From a virus, in IMG/VR virus record IMGVR_UViG_3300037247_000924: a stretch of DNA of 64,000 nucleotides; one strand, given 5' to 3'. Positions 18,470 through 25,602 of this stretch are shown piece by piece. The position numbers were made by a program, and so were the translations under genes. How positions within the stretch are numbered: position 1 is the first letter of the stretch; every line of letters starts with the position of its first letter. The notes beneath the pieces were generated by a model. The model ran no database searches and was not told the DNA's origin. It worked only from the letters and a program-made list of their open reading frames with translations.

Positions 18470-21400
18470 TTACTGGAACCAGTCTGGTTGTGGACGTTGT
18501 TCTTTCTTTCCAAACGGATCGGACTTAAAAAACGGATCGTCCAGTACTGTTCTTACGTTTTCTTGCTTGATCACTCTCTGTTTCCTTATCTGTGCTAAGT
18601 AATACATTAAAACGAGAAATGACATTACCCTGTCATAGTTCCCATCTTCAGTGTACGCGATCAATTCTTTCAAAAACGGAATTGACCTAATTTTCTGCAA
18701 ATTTAACAATAATTCATCATCTTCTCGTTTTTCTATCAACCAAGTTTTCACCATTTCTTCACCAAACTCCTTTAACCCAGTAGTCATGTGTATTCCTTTT
18801 TTTCTACTTACCTTAGAATCATCAATAACATCTTGGATGATCTCAACAGGTTGATCTAACAATAAATACGTGCAGTTCTGGGAGTCGAAATAGTCAAATA
18901 ATCCCTTCCTTTCATTTTCATAAAGAATCTGGCAATTATAATACAGGAGTAGTTTACGTACATTCTCGTAGTAAATTTTAGAAGTCTCTGGCCTGCCAGA
19001 ATACTCGGCAACAATCTTATGATTCACTCTATCATAGACGAAAGTAGATCCCAGTGATCCGGTACTGGACTTATCATGATCGTATGGATCCGCGCTGGCC
19101 GCGTACATTCCTCTTGGTGGCCTGCCAGACTCATCATGATACGGATGGTTGAAAATAACTATACACCCAGTAGCGTCCTGCCCAGCTCTCATTGGGAAAT
19201 CGATAATTGGTACCAGGTCCGTATTCTCCTTCCAGACAATATCGCCTAAATTATCCGTAACTAAGTCTCCAATAAAATCTGCATTCCTAATCCTCTCGTT
19301 CGATTCCAAATACCCCAGGTGTTGTTTTAGCTCAGCAACGGCAAAGATCATTCCCTCTGTTCGCAAGACAGCCTCGGAAGGACTGAATGGCTTTTCTGCC
19401 ACGTATCGAACCACTGCATTCCGATCCTTAGCATTATCAGCTATCAGCTTACGCTCCTTCATTTCACGCTCTATTGCAGCCTCGATATTAGAGTTCCCAT
19501 TCTCATCATAGTAGCCCTCCATATTTAGGTATTCAGGTCCGAAGTATCCACACTCCGTATCTCCTTTCCCGTCATCCCAGATGTTAGGAGTATGGTGGAT
19601 ATTATAGGCTTTGGGGTAATAGAACAGTTCTTCTAGTCCATCAAAGTTGCTTCCTTCAGTTCCGCCTGTATTATGGGTAATAATTCCATTGGCAATATAT
19701 GTGCTTGTCGTACCGGCTGTTAAATTATAAATATCCCTCATTCCAATCTCCTCAACACTAATTACTCTCTCTAATCTCAGCCCATGCACATTAGCAGATA
19801 TCCCCTCTTTCTTATCTCTATACATCTCCTTAAATGTATTTAGTCTTCTTTGTTTTTCTGCTGGAAATAATTTAATATTCTTCACGAATGCTAAAACGCT
19901 TCTTTTGTCAGCAATTTCAAATCTAAAATGGTCGTTTTTGTCTTTAGGATTTTTTTCACTCTTTTTTATCCTCTGAATAGCTCCATGAACACCTATTCTC
20001 TGAAGTAAAAATCTTATTTCATCTAATAAGGTAAAGGACATAGAGGTTATGCTTATCCTACCTCTTTTCTTTTCAACATATCCATCCGTGTCGAAAAGAC
20101 CACCCAGTAATTCACAAATACTTTTTTTTGAGTAAGAATGGATATTCCTAGGAAGAGTTTTTGATAGTTTAGTTTGACCATATATTCCTACCGCTCTTAA
20201 TTTAGGGCAGATTCCTCTAATTCGTGTCTCTCTGTAAATCTTGCCTGTTTTTGTTATGTACTGCTTCTCAATAACGGTGTCGTAATTGGAATCAATAGCA
20301 GTGTTTATCTCGCCTTCACAATTAGAAAGGATGGGGGTCTTATTAATCCCATAGCTACCATCTCCAATTAACCATCCCAAAAGCCTCGCATCAGGTAATT
20401 CCTTACGCCTGGATATGGGCACAACATCAATCACTGCTATTTGATCACTAGCCTTAATATTCTTAGCCTCAACAAACTCTGTTTTTTTTATGAATGGTCT
20501 ACGAATATTACCTTTTGGTTTTCTAGGCTGAGAACCATGCCAGAGTTTACTCCATAATATTGGATGATCTTCACTGCACTCCAGCACTCTTCCGGTATGG
20601 GTGGTTATTCGATAGCAAAGCTTTTTAGCTGGCGGGTTCCAGTGAGTTACTTCCTCTTTTGATATCCTGCCTTCTTCTTTATTATACCCCAATATTCCCT
20701 GCCGCGGCTTAAGGTCTTCTATTTTCACTAAGTCTCCTCTATTATTCCAGACCTTTGTTCCAGCACAAACACATCCGAATGCAACTTGTAATCCGAACGT
20801 AATTGGACCCTGCTCCATCGAACTTCTAGTAATTCCCCAGGCCGTTAATAGTTTCGGGAAAAGACCAGCCTCCTCGAACAGAATCAGTTTCCCACGTTTT
20901 CCTCTCGATCTATTTGGGTTATCTTTTAGGGAGACTCCTATAATTTCAGACTTATAGCCCTTCTCTATACTTTGGCCATCTTCTAGCTCTGTAAAACTAG
21001 CCTTTCTGCGCATCTCCTTGTTAGTAGAGCTTCTTTTTGTCCAGGCGGTATGTTCGTTTATAAAATCTATATTATCCCACGCCTTTGTCAATAATCCATC
21101 TGAGGTTAGGTGCTCTTTCTCAAATGCCATAGCATAAGACTTGGATCCTCGAATAAGAAAATAATTACGACACAGCATATTGGCTCCTTTGTACGAAAAT
21201 CCGCGCCCACGCGCCTTAAGAACCACTCCATGCTTCCCATTTTTTTCAGCATCTTCTAGGTAATTAAAATACTTATAATCCCCGTCCCATACTTTAGGGA
21301 ACAACATAGGCCTATCGCCCTGGACCCTTTCATCTTCCTTTATATCCTCTATTGCTTCTACAACAGGGATCTGGCAATAATTCAAATAAAAGTAGTAGTA

Positions 21401-21574
21401 TCCAGATATCTTATCAAATCCCAAATCATAGCCTTCTATAGATCTTCTTTTCTCCTCTTCCCAAAACTTCATATACCCACTGGAGGGTAAATCATTAAAG
21501 GGATGTTTAGTATAGACTCCATGCTCCTCGAAATGAGCAGCAGCCGGTCTAAATTCTTGTACCCTTTCTAGCAT
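18470..21574 (-). CDS. terL: Terminase large subunit containing an intein
   Basis: Walker A LKARGRGFSY, Walker B LILFEEAG, AFG|intein|TGG, nuclease domain SADPYDHD and NYDRVMS. Confidence 0.93.
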   Translation of the reverse strand: MLERVQEFRPAAAHFEEHGVYTKHPFNDLPSSGYMKFWEEEKRRSIEGYDLGFDKISGYYYFYLNYCQIPVVEAIEDIKEDERVQGDRPMLFPKVWDGDYKYFNYLEDAEKNGKHGVVLKARGRGFSYKGANMLCRNYFLIRGSKSYAMAFEKEHLTSDGLLTKAWDNIDFINEHTAWTKRSSTNKEMRRKASFTELEDGQSIEKGYKSEIIGVSLKDNPNRSRGKRGKLILFEEAGLFPKLLTAWGITRSSMEQGPITFGLQVAFGCVCAGTKVWNNRGDLVKIEDLKPRQGILGYNKEEGRISKEEVTHWNPPAKKLCYRITTHTGRVLECSEDHPILWSKLWHGSQPRKPKGNIRRPFIKKTEFVEAKNIKASDQIAVIDVVPISRRKELPDARLLGWLIGDGSYGINKTPILSNCEGEINTAIDSNYDTVIEKQYITKTGKIYRETRIRGICPKLRAVGIYGQTKLSKTLPRNIHSYSKKSICELLGGLFDTDGYVEKKRGRISITSMSFTLLDEIRFLLQRIGVHGAIQRIKKSEKNPKDKNDHFRFEIADKRSVLAFVKNIKLFPAEKQRRLNTFKEMYRDKKEGISANVHGLRLERVISVEEIGMRDIYNLTAGTTSTYIANGIITHNTGGTEGSNFDGLEELFYYPKAYNIHHTPNIWDDGKGDTECGYFGPEYLNMEGYYDENGNSNIEAAIEREMKERKLIADNAKDRNAVVRYVAEKPFSPSEAVLRTEGMIFAVAELKQHLGYLESNERIRNADFIGDLVTDNLGDIVWKENTDLVPIIDFPMRAGQDATGCIVIFNHPYHDESGRPPRGMYAASADPYDHDKSSTGSLGSTFVYDRVNHKIVAEYSGRPETSKIYYENVRKLLLYYNCQILYENERKGLFDYFDSQNCTYLLLDQPVEIIQDVIDDSKVSRKKGIHMTTGLKEFGEEMVKTWLIEKREDDELLLNLQKIRSIPFLKELIAYTEDGNYDRVMSFLVLMYYLAQIRKQRVIKQENVRTVLDDPFFKSDPFGKKEQRPQPDWFQ
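19670..20773 (-). mobile_element. Intein with LAGLIDADG homing endonuclease (368 aa)
   Basis: Starts CVCAGTKV, ends YIANGIITHN followed by T; blocks LLGWLIGDGS and LLGGLFDTDG. Confidence 0.92.
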
Positions 21575-21580
21575 AGTACT

Positions 21581-22108
21581 TTAGCTTTCAAATGCCCCGG
21601 CGCTTCCTCCGCCACGAATTCTGGTGTCACTCTGTAGTTCTTTTTTTACCTTCTCATGTAGGCTCTCAAGACTATCCATAATACCACTTGCGTCCTTTAG
21701 TCCTGATGTGACCTCTTTTAGCTTATATAAGGGCTTGCCGTTATCGGGATCATAGTTGACATTACTAAAGTAGTCAGTTGTAGCCTCAAGAGCCTCAATA
21801 GCGCTTTCCAGGAACCTCAACGCTGGGGTTGACTGCAGTATCCTGTACTTTTCTACTCCTGCCCTTAAAACAACACTAATCTGCCGTATGTCGAAATCTT
21901 TCCTTAACGTATCCTCTCGCTCTTCAATAAGATAGGATTGATATACGGAAGAATAGTCACACAGAAAATAGATGTATGATAAGTATTTAATAGCAAGTTC
22001 CTTTTTTGGAGAGGTATCATGTTTCCAAATGGCGGCAAATTCCGGTATTGAAAGTGCTGCAGGATTTATTGTGAGTTCCTTGTTACTGTCTAAGCTTAAT
22101 AGATTCAT
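21581..22108 (-). CDS. Conserved crAss-like protein upstream of TerL (possible TerS)
   Basis: F..IW..D.S..KE.A...L.YIYF..DY.S.Y motif and position. Confidence 0.5.
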   Translation of the reverse strand: MNLLSLDSNKELTINPAALSIPEFAAIWKHDTSPKKELAIKYLSYIYFLCDYSSVYQSYLIEEREDTLRKDFDIRQISVVLRAGVEKYRILQSTPALRFLESAIEALEATTDYFSNVNYDPDNGKPLYKLKEVTSGLKDASGIMDSLESLHEKVKKELQSDTRIRGGGSAGAFES

Positions 22109-22296
22109 GTACTGCTGATTACTTGGGGAGCATCGGGGACCCCGGTTATGGTCGAGCTTTCCTCTGAATAGGTAATGTCAAAACTGGGTTCATCTTCGCC
22201 TATATAAGATATTAGATAGCGTATCCTTGACTCAAGAATCCTTACTGTAGTGTAAAATTCCTCTTTTGTTACGTATTCGGTTTTTTTCTTGGTCAT
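22105..22296 (-). CDS. Hypothetical protein
   Basis: 63 aa; stop overlaps the next start codon. Confidence 0.45.
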   Translation of the reverse strand: MTKKKTEYVTKEEFYTTVRILESRIRYLISYIGEDEPSFDITYSEESSTITGVPDAPQVISST

Positions 22297-22297
22297 A

Positions 22298-22501
22298 CTA
22301 CTTCCATCTCTTTAATTCACAAATCACTTTAGGGGCCCTAGTTTTCATTGGTATCGGGCAATTACACTCCTTACAGATATTATACCAGTTAGAAGGGCAT
22401 GGAGCACACATGACAGCCCTTGATTTCGCCATCTGCTCTACCTTGGGATTCTTCCAAATTACGTTCTTCCAGCCGTCGTAGATGTCTTGTAACTTACCCA
22501 T
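22298..22501 (-). CDS. Small Cys-rich (Zn-binding) protein
   Basis: R..MC..CP.....CKECNC...KTR....C...RW. Confidence 0.6.
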   Translation of the reverse strand: MGKLQDIYDGWKNVIWKNPKVEQMAKSRAVMCAPCPSNWYNICKECNCPIPMKTRAPKVICELKRWK

Positions 22502-22578
22502 TTAACGACAATATAGAAATTGTGTTACTGTAAAATTAGGAATAGTGCGGGGGTAAACCTAAGAAAATACGGATTAAG

Positions 22579-22653
22579 TGGTTGCCCAACGTGGATTCGA
22601 ACCACGATTCACTCCTTCAAAGGGAGGTGTCCTGCCAGTTAGACGAAAGGGCA
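22579..22653 (-). tRNA. tRNA-Gln(UUG)
   Basis: Cloverleaf; loop CT-TTG-AA; encoded CCA. Confidence 0.92.
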
Positions 22654-22659
22654 ATATTG

Positions 22660-22733
22660 CTGCGAGTCTGAGACTCGAACTCAGGATCTTCTGCTTAACA
22701 GGCAGCTGCTGTAACCAACTCAGCTAACTCGCA
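22660..22733 (-). tRNA. tRNA-Asn(GUU)
   Basis: Cloverleaf; loop CT-GTT-AA. Confidence 0.92.
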
Positions 22734-22738
22734 TTTTG

Positions 22739-22808
22739 CACAGGAAGCAGGAGTTGAACCCACAAGTCACGAGTTTGGAATCCGCTTAGTACACCAATAC
22801 GTTCCTGC
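22739..22808 (-). tRNA. tRNA-Trp(CCA), short D arm
   Basis: Acceptor GCAGGAA/TTCCTGT; loop TT-CCA-AA; T-loop TTCAACT; weak anticodon stem. Confidence 0.75.
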
Positions 22809-22814
22809 GTATAG

Positions 22815-22888
22815 CGGTACGGGCTGGACTCGAACCAGCGGCCAGCAGATCTTCAATCTACCACTCTACGCAACTGAGTTACCGTACC
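22815..22888 (-). tRNA. tRNA-Phe(GAA)
   Basis: Cloverleaf; loop TT-GAA-GA. Confidence 0.9.
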
Positions 22889-22894
22889 TTATTG

Positions 22895-22968
22895 AGACCA
22901 GAACAGGGTTCGAACCTGCGTAAAGGGTTTTGCAGACCCCCACCTATAACCATCTCAGACATCTGGCC
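22895..22968 (-). tRNA. tRNA-Cys(GCA)
   Basis: Cloverleaf; loop CT-GCA-AA; U73. Confidence 0.92.
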
Positions 22969-22973
22969 TTGTG

Positions 22974-23047
22974 CGGTACCGATGGGATTTGAACCCACGA
23001 TCTCCTCCGTGACAGGGAGGCAACATACACCAACATGATGCGGCACC
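22974..23047 (-). tRNA. tRNA-Asp(GUC)
   Basis: Cloverleaf; CCTCC CT-GTC-AC GGAGG; G73. Confidence 0.9.
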
Positions 23048-23051
23048 ATAT

Positions 23052-23081
23052 AAAAAAAGCCCTTCGCTATTAACAAAGGGC
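23052..23081 (-). terminator. Attenuator terminator C (upstream of Asp-Cys-Phe-Trp-Asn-Gln)
   Basis: GCCCTTTG-TTAATAG-CGAAGGGC-TTTTTTT, ending 4 nt before tRNA-Asp. Confidence 0.88.
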
Positions 23082-23107
23082 CTCGACTATTCTTTAAAGT
23101 TAGCGCA

Positions 23108-23173
23108 TTAGCCCCCTGTATCTTGATTAAAATCAAAATCACAGTTAAACCAATTTTGCTGTACTCTTCTCAT
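23108..23173 (-). CDS. Leader peptide C, MRRVQQNWFNCDFDFNQDTGG
   Basis: ATG AGA AGA GTA CAG CAA AAT TGG TTT AAC TGT GAT TTT GAT TTT AAT CAA GAT ACA GGG GGC TAA; codons 5-18 use only the six amino acids of the downstream tRNAs. Confidence 0.9.
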   Translation of the reverse strand: MRRVQQNWFNCDFDFNQDTGG

Positions 23174-23183
23174 AATTTCTTAG

Positions 23184-23256
23184 TATCCCAGACCAGATTC
23201 GAACTGGCGACTTTACCTTGAAAGGGTAACGGCTTGACCAACTTGCCCACAGGGAC
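23184..23256 (-). tRNA. tRNA-Glu(UUC)
   Basis: Cloverleaf; TTACC CT-TTC-AA GGTAA. Confidence 0.9.
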
Positions 23257-23293
23257 AAGTCTCCTCAGCTTCAATATCTACCGTTGCTTTCAT
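23213..23293 (-). CDS. Putative leaderless peptide MKATVDIEAEET... reading into tRNA-Glu
   Basis: ATG 4 nt after TATATTTG; GAA GCT GAG GAG just before the tRNA 5' end; stop inside the anticodon arm. Confidence 0.45.
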   Translation of the reverse strand: MKATVDIEAEETCPCGQVGQAVTLSR

Positions 23294-23297
23294 CTTG

Positions 23298-23305
23298 CAA
23301 ATATA
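23298..23305 (-). promoter_or_regulatory. -7 promoter element TATATTTG (tRNA-Glu and operon C)
   Basis: Exact TAnnTTTG match. Confidence 0.75.
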
Positions 23306-23325
23306 CAATTCTTTTTTTAATAACG

Positions 23326-23399
23326 TGATTCCGGTGAGAGTCGAACTCACAACCCTCTGCTTAGAAGGCAGATGCTCTATCCAGTTGAGCTACGGAACC
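23326..23399 (-). tRNA. tRNA-Arg(UCU)
   Basis: TCTGC CT-TCT-AA GCAGA. Confidence 0.92.
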
Positions 23400-23402
23400 A
23401 TG

Positions 23403-23475
23403 TTCCCCTGGTGGGCCTCGAACCCACTACTTTCCCGTTAAAAGCGGGAAGCCCGTCCACATGAGCTTCAGAGGA
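23403..23475 (-). tRNA. tRNA-Lys(UUU)
   Basis: TCCCG CT-TTT-AA CGGGA. Confidence 0.9.
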
Positions 23476-23537
23476 ATATATAGGAATACCAGGACGTTAT
23501 CTACGCCTGATCACCTGTTTATATTTCCTCTTACTTC

Positions 23538-24215
23538 TCATGCTAATGTTTTTGTTCTTATGTAATCAATTCCTCCATAAACGTTTTGTACTAATTCGGT
23601 TGAGCACACATATAGAGTTCCTGTTCCATACGGGAGCTTTCCAATTCCTTTTCTCTGAGTATCCCTTCTTATTTTATTCTTTGAGCATAACAGTGTCCAT
23701 TTTTTGTTTTTAAGCTTCGGAAACTCTTTGATCCATCGTCTCCTTATTTGGTATTCCGACAACCCGTTTTCTCCATAATAACATACCCGTATTTTGCATG
23801 ATTTATTTTTTACATTCTCATCAACCCACTCCCCCACCACCTTAATCATCGGCAAGTCTGAGTTGGCGAAAGAAAATATATTCCTACCCTTGGAGCCCTC
23901 ACCCCAATAAAGAGCGCATATCAACCTAAAAGGCTCATCTGTTTTTGCCCTCTCAAAACCATTCTTTCTGTAGCCTAATCTTCTCTCTTGTGCTTTTGTT
24001 TTATTGATTCTAGACTGCACTAGGAGCTTATCTATACCTGCATTTAAGCGGTTATTTTCTAAAGTTCGCTTATGATCTTCTGTTAACTTTACATCCCGAA
24101 CCCATAAACTAACCGAGCTTTTTGACACTCTAAGTTTTTTAGCGATCTTAAACAGGCTTAATCCCAATCCACGAAGCCGCCTAGCCTCTTTTTGCTCATT
24201 TTCTTTTTTCTTCAT
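23538..24215 (-). CDS. HTH plus LAGLIDADG-like putative homing endonuclease inside the tRNA array
   Basis: N-terminal HTH (GLSLFKIAKKLRVSKSSVSLWVR); ALYWGEGSK, FANSD and YGTGTL motifs; between tRNA-Val and tRNA-Lys. Confidence 0.6.
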   Translation of the reverse strand: MKKKENEQKEARRLRGLGLSLFKIAKKLRVSKSSVSLWVRDVKLTEDHKRTLENNRLNAGIDKLLVQSRINKTKAQERRLGYRKNGFERAKTDEPFRLICALYWGEGSKGRNIFSFANSDLPMIKVVGEWVDENVKNKSCKIRVCYYGENGLSEYQIRRRWIKEFPKLKNKKWTLLCSKNKIRRDTQRKGIGKLPYGTGTLYVCSTELVQNVYGGIDYIRTKTLA

Positions 24216-24244
24216 CCGAACCTCTGTCTTATTAATATATAAGA

Positions 24245-24252
24245 CAAAGATA
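24245..24252 (-). promoter_or_regulatory. -7 promoter element TATCTTTG for the endonuclease-like gene
   Basis: TAnnTTTG immediately 3' of tRNA-Val. Confidence 0.6.
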
Positions 24253-24263
24253 CTAATTATTAT

Positions 24264-24340
24264 TGGTACTTGCTAAGAGATTCGAACTCCTGACCCTCTC
24301 GGTGTAAACGAGACGCTCTTAACCGCTGAGCTAAGCAAGC
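24264..24340 (-). tRNA. tRNA-Val(UAC)
   Basis: TCTCG TT-TAC-AC CGAGA; encoded CCA. Confidence 0.93.
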
Positions 24341-24346
24341 ATGTAG

Positions 24347-24422
24347 TGGATCTGAACGGACTTGAACCGATAACCTTCTGAGTGCAAAACAGACGCTCTA
24401 GCCAAATTGGAGCTACAAACCC
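24347..24422 (-). tRNA. tRNA-Ala(UGC)
   Basis: Loop TT-TGC-AC; G3:U70 identity pair. Confidence 0.92.
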
Positions 24423-24426
24423 ATTT

Positions 24427-24514
24427 TAATCATGCCTCCCTGTGGAGTATCTGCACAGGACTATGCCCGCTCACCACCCCGATGGATTTCACATTCTTCA
24501 GGGAGACATGATTA
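24427..24514 (-). ncRNA. Structured RNA of unknown function between tRNA-Ile2 and tRNA-Ala
   Basis: 16-bp closing stem TAATCATGTCTCCCTG / CAGGGAGGCATGATTA enclosing two small hairpins. Confidence 0.5.
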
Positions 24515-24520
24515 TCATAG

Positions 24521-24594
24521 TTGACCCTAAAGGAATTGAACCTTTAACCTTCCGGTTATGAGCCGGGCGCTCTGACCAATTGAGCTAAGGGTCA
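24521..24594 (-). tRNA. tRNA-Ile2(CAU), lysidine-type (elongator Met not excluded)
   Basis: CCCGG CT-CAT-AA CCGGA; acceptor TGACCCT resembles Ile2. Confidence 0.75.
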
Positions 24595-24597
24595 CTG

Positions 24598-24671
24598 AGC
24601 GAATAGTCGGGATCGAACCGACTCTATTTCTGCTTGGAAGGCAGACGCACCACCGTTTATGCGTTACTCGC
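24598..24671 (-). tRNA. tRNA-Gly(UCC)
   Basis: TCTGC CT-TCC-AA GCAGA; U73. Confidence 0.92.
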
Positions 24672-24677
24672 TTATTG

Positions 24678-24750
24678 TTGGCAAAATTGGATTTGAACCA
24701 ATGACCCCCGCCTTATCAGGACGGTGCTCTCACCGCTGAGCTATTCGCCA
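24678..24750 (-). tRNA. tRNA-Ile(GAU)
   Basis: CCGTC CT-GAT-AA GGCGG. Confidence 0.92.
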
Positions 24751-24755
24751 ATATG

Positions 24756-24829
24756 TAGCGGGACACGGATTCGAACCGTGGACCTGTAGGTTATGAGCCT
24801 ACCGAGCTGACCAACTGCTCCATCCCGCT
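24756..24829 (-). tRNA. tRNA-Met(CAU), initiator-like
   Basis: AGCGGGATGGAGCAG 5' end resembles fMet; loop CT-CAT-AA; 1:72 is paired (A-U). Confidence 0.85.
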
Positions 24830-24837
24830 ATATATTG

Positions 24838-24911
24838 AGCCGCATACAGGATTCGAACCTGTGACCGGTTGATTACAAATCAACAGCTCTGACCATCTGA
24901 GCTAACGCGGC
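24838..24911 (-). tRNA. tRNA-Thr(UGU)
   Basis: GTTGA TT-TGT-AA TCAAC. Confidence 0.92.
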
Positions 24912-24914
24912 ATT

Positions 24915-24946
24915 AAAAAACCCCAAGCAATTTCTCACTTGGGGTT
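24915..24946 (-). terminator. Attenuator terminator B (upstream of the Thr...Val/Lys/Arg block)
   Basis: CCCCAAG-TGAGAAATTG-CTTGGGG-TTTTTT, ending 3 nt before tRNA-Thr. Confidence 0.88.
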
Positions 24947-24967
24947 CCAGTATCGTAAATTGCTTCG

Positions 24968-25054
24968 TTAGGTTATACATACACCGGTGCCCCCTTGTGA
25001 CTTAATCACCGTGGCAGCCATTCTCGCTATCGTATTTCTCCTTATTGAAGTCAT
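24968..25054 (-). CDS. Leader peptide B, MTSIRRNTIARMAATVIKSQGGTGVCIT
   Basis: 28 codons, 23 of which encode T/M/I/G/A/V/K/R; Arg codons are all AGR; Ile is ATA x3 and ATT x1. Confidence 0.85.
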   Translation of the reverse strand: MTSIRRNTIARMAATVIKSQGGTGVCIT

Positions 25055-25073
25055 TTTGTTTTTATTAACAGTA

Positions 25074-25081
25074 CAAACGTA
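25074..25081 (-). promoter_or_regulatory. -7 promoter element TACGTTTG (operon B)
   Basis: TAnnTTTG followed by an A-rich 5' UTR and the leader ATG. Confidence 0.75.
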
Positions 25082-25114
25082 CAACCCTTGGATTTAATAT
25101 CCTAATTTATTTTG

Positions 25115-25187
25115 GGTGACACCGGGACTCGAACCCTGTTCTCCAGATTCACAGTCTGGCACTTTACGCATATAAGCTAGTGACACC
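25115..25187 (-). tRNA. tRNA-His(GUG)
   Basis: CCAGA CT-GTG-AA TCTGG; C73; acceptor/T-stem register ambiguous by 1 nt. Confidence 0.88.
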
Positions 25188-25193
25188 ATATAG

Positions 25194-25265
25194 TACCCCC
25201 GGCACGATTCGAACGCGCATTCCCTGGTCCGAAGCCAGGAGCTCTATCCGTTGAACTACGGAGGC
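25194..25265 (-). tRNA. tRNA-Arg(UCG)
   Basis: CCTGG CT-TCG-GA CCAGG. Confidence 0.9.
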
Positions 25266-25270
25266 ATTTG

Positions 25271-25355
25271 TACCGAGAGCGGGCCTCGAACCCGCAAGAT
25301 CGCAATGACCGTCAGGGCTTAAACCTGATGCGTTTACCTATTTCACCACCTCGGC
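25271..25355 (-). tRNA. tRNA-Leu(UAA)
   Basis: TCAGG TT-TAA-GC CCTGA; long variable arm. Confidence 0.92.
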
Positions 25356-25359
25356 ATAG

Positions 25360-25434
25360 TACCGGTGAAGGGAATCGAACCCCCAGAACTCCTGATCCTA
25401 AGTCAGGCGACTTTACCATTTTGCCCACACCGGC
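25360..25434 (-). tRNA. tRNA-Leu(UAG), short variable region
   Basis: CCTGA CT-TAG-GA TCAGG; variable region about 6 nt; 75 nt total. Confidence 0.85.
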
Positions 25435-25439
25435 ATTCG

Positions 25440-25509
25440 TGGGGTACCAGGATTCGAACCTTGGCGGTTAGGGGTTACAACCCTTCCGGCACAACCTACG
25501 CTGCACCCC
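25440..25509 (-). tRNA. Atypical tRNA-Tyr(GUA), 70 nt
   Basis: Acceptor GGGGTGC/GTACCCC; loop TT-GTA-AC; T-loop TTCGAAT; reduced D arm; no long variable arm. Confidence 0.6.
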
Positions 25510-25515
25510 ATCTAG

Positions 25516-25597
25516 CGGAAAACAGAGGCCACGATCCCCAATCCTTTCAGATCCACCTCTTTAGCAAAGAGAGCCTACCCAGGTAGGTTTATCTTCC
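25516..25597 (-). tRNA. tRNA-Ser(GCU)
   Basis: TCTCT TT-GCT-AA AGAGG; long variable arm; G73; non-canonical T-loop ATCGTGG. Confidence 0.85.
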
Positions 25598-25602
25598 GTA
25601 TG

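Noticed and set aside
3204-19511. + strand antisense ORFs within structural genes (e.g. 3204..3461, 10414..10767, 13674..14096, 15309..15794, 19149..19511)
   Set aside because: Shadow ORFs produced by codon bias of the - strand genes.
22879-23142. ORF-track ORFs over the tRNA array (22879..23142, 25268..25471, 25365..25586)
   Set aside because: They run through cloverleaf tRNA genes; chance ORFs. The real ORFs here are the short leaders.
24427-24514. Hammerhead or theta (HDV-like) ribozyme
   Set aside because: CTGAAGA...GAAA is present, but the required NUH cleavage site next to stem I is absent (CAG); no HDV P3/L3 motif.
25115-25187. tRNA-His lacking an encoded G-1, which would explain Thg1
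   Set aside because: The 8-bp helix GGTGTCAC/GTGTCACC fits an encoded G-1 with a 4-bp T-stem as well as no G-1 with a 5-bp T-stem; it cannot be decided without 5'-end mapping.
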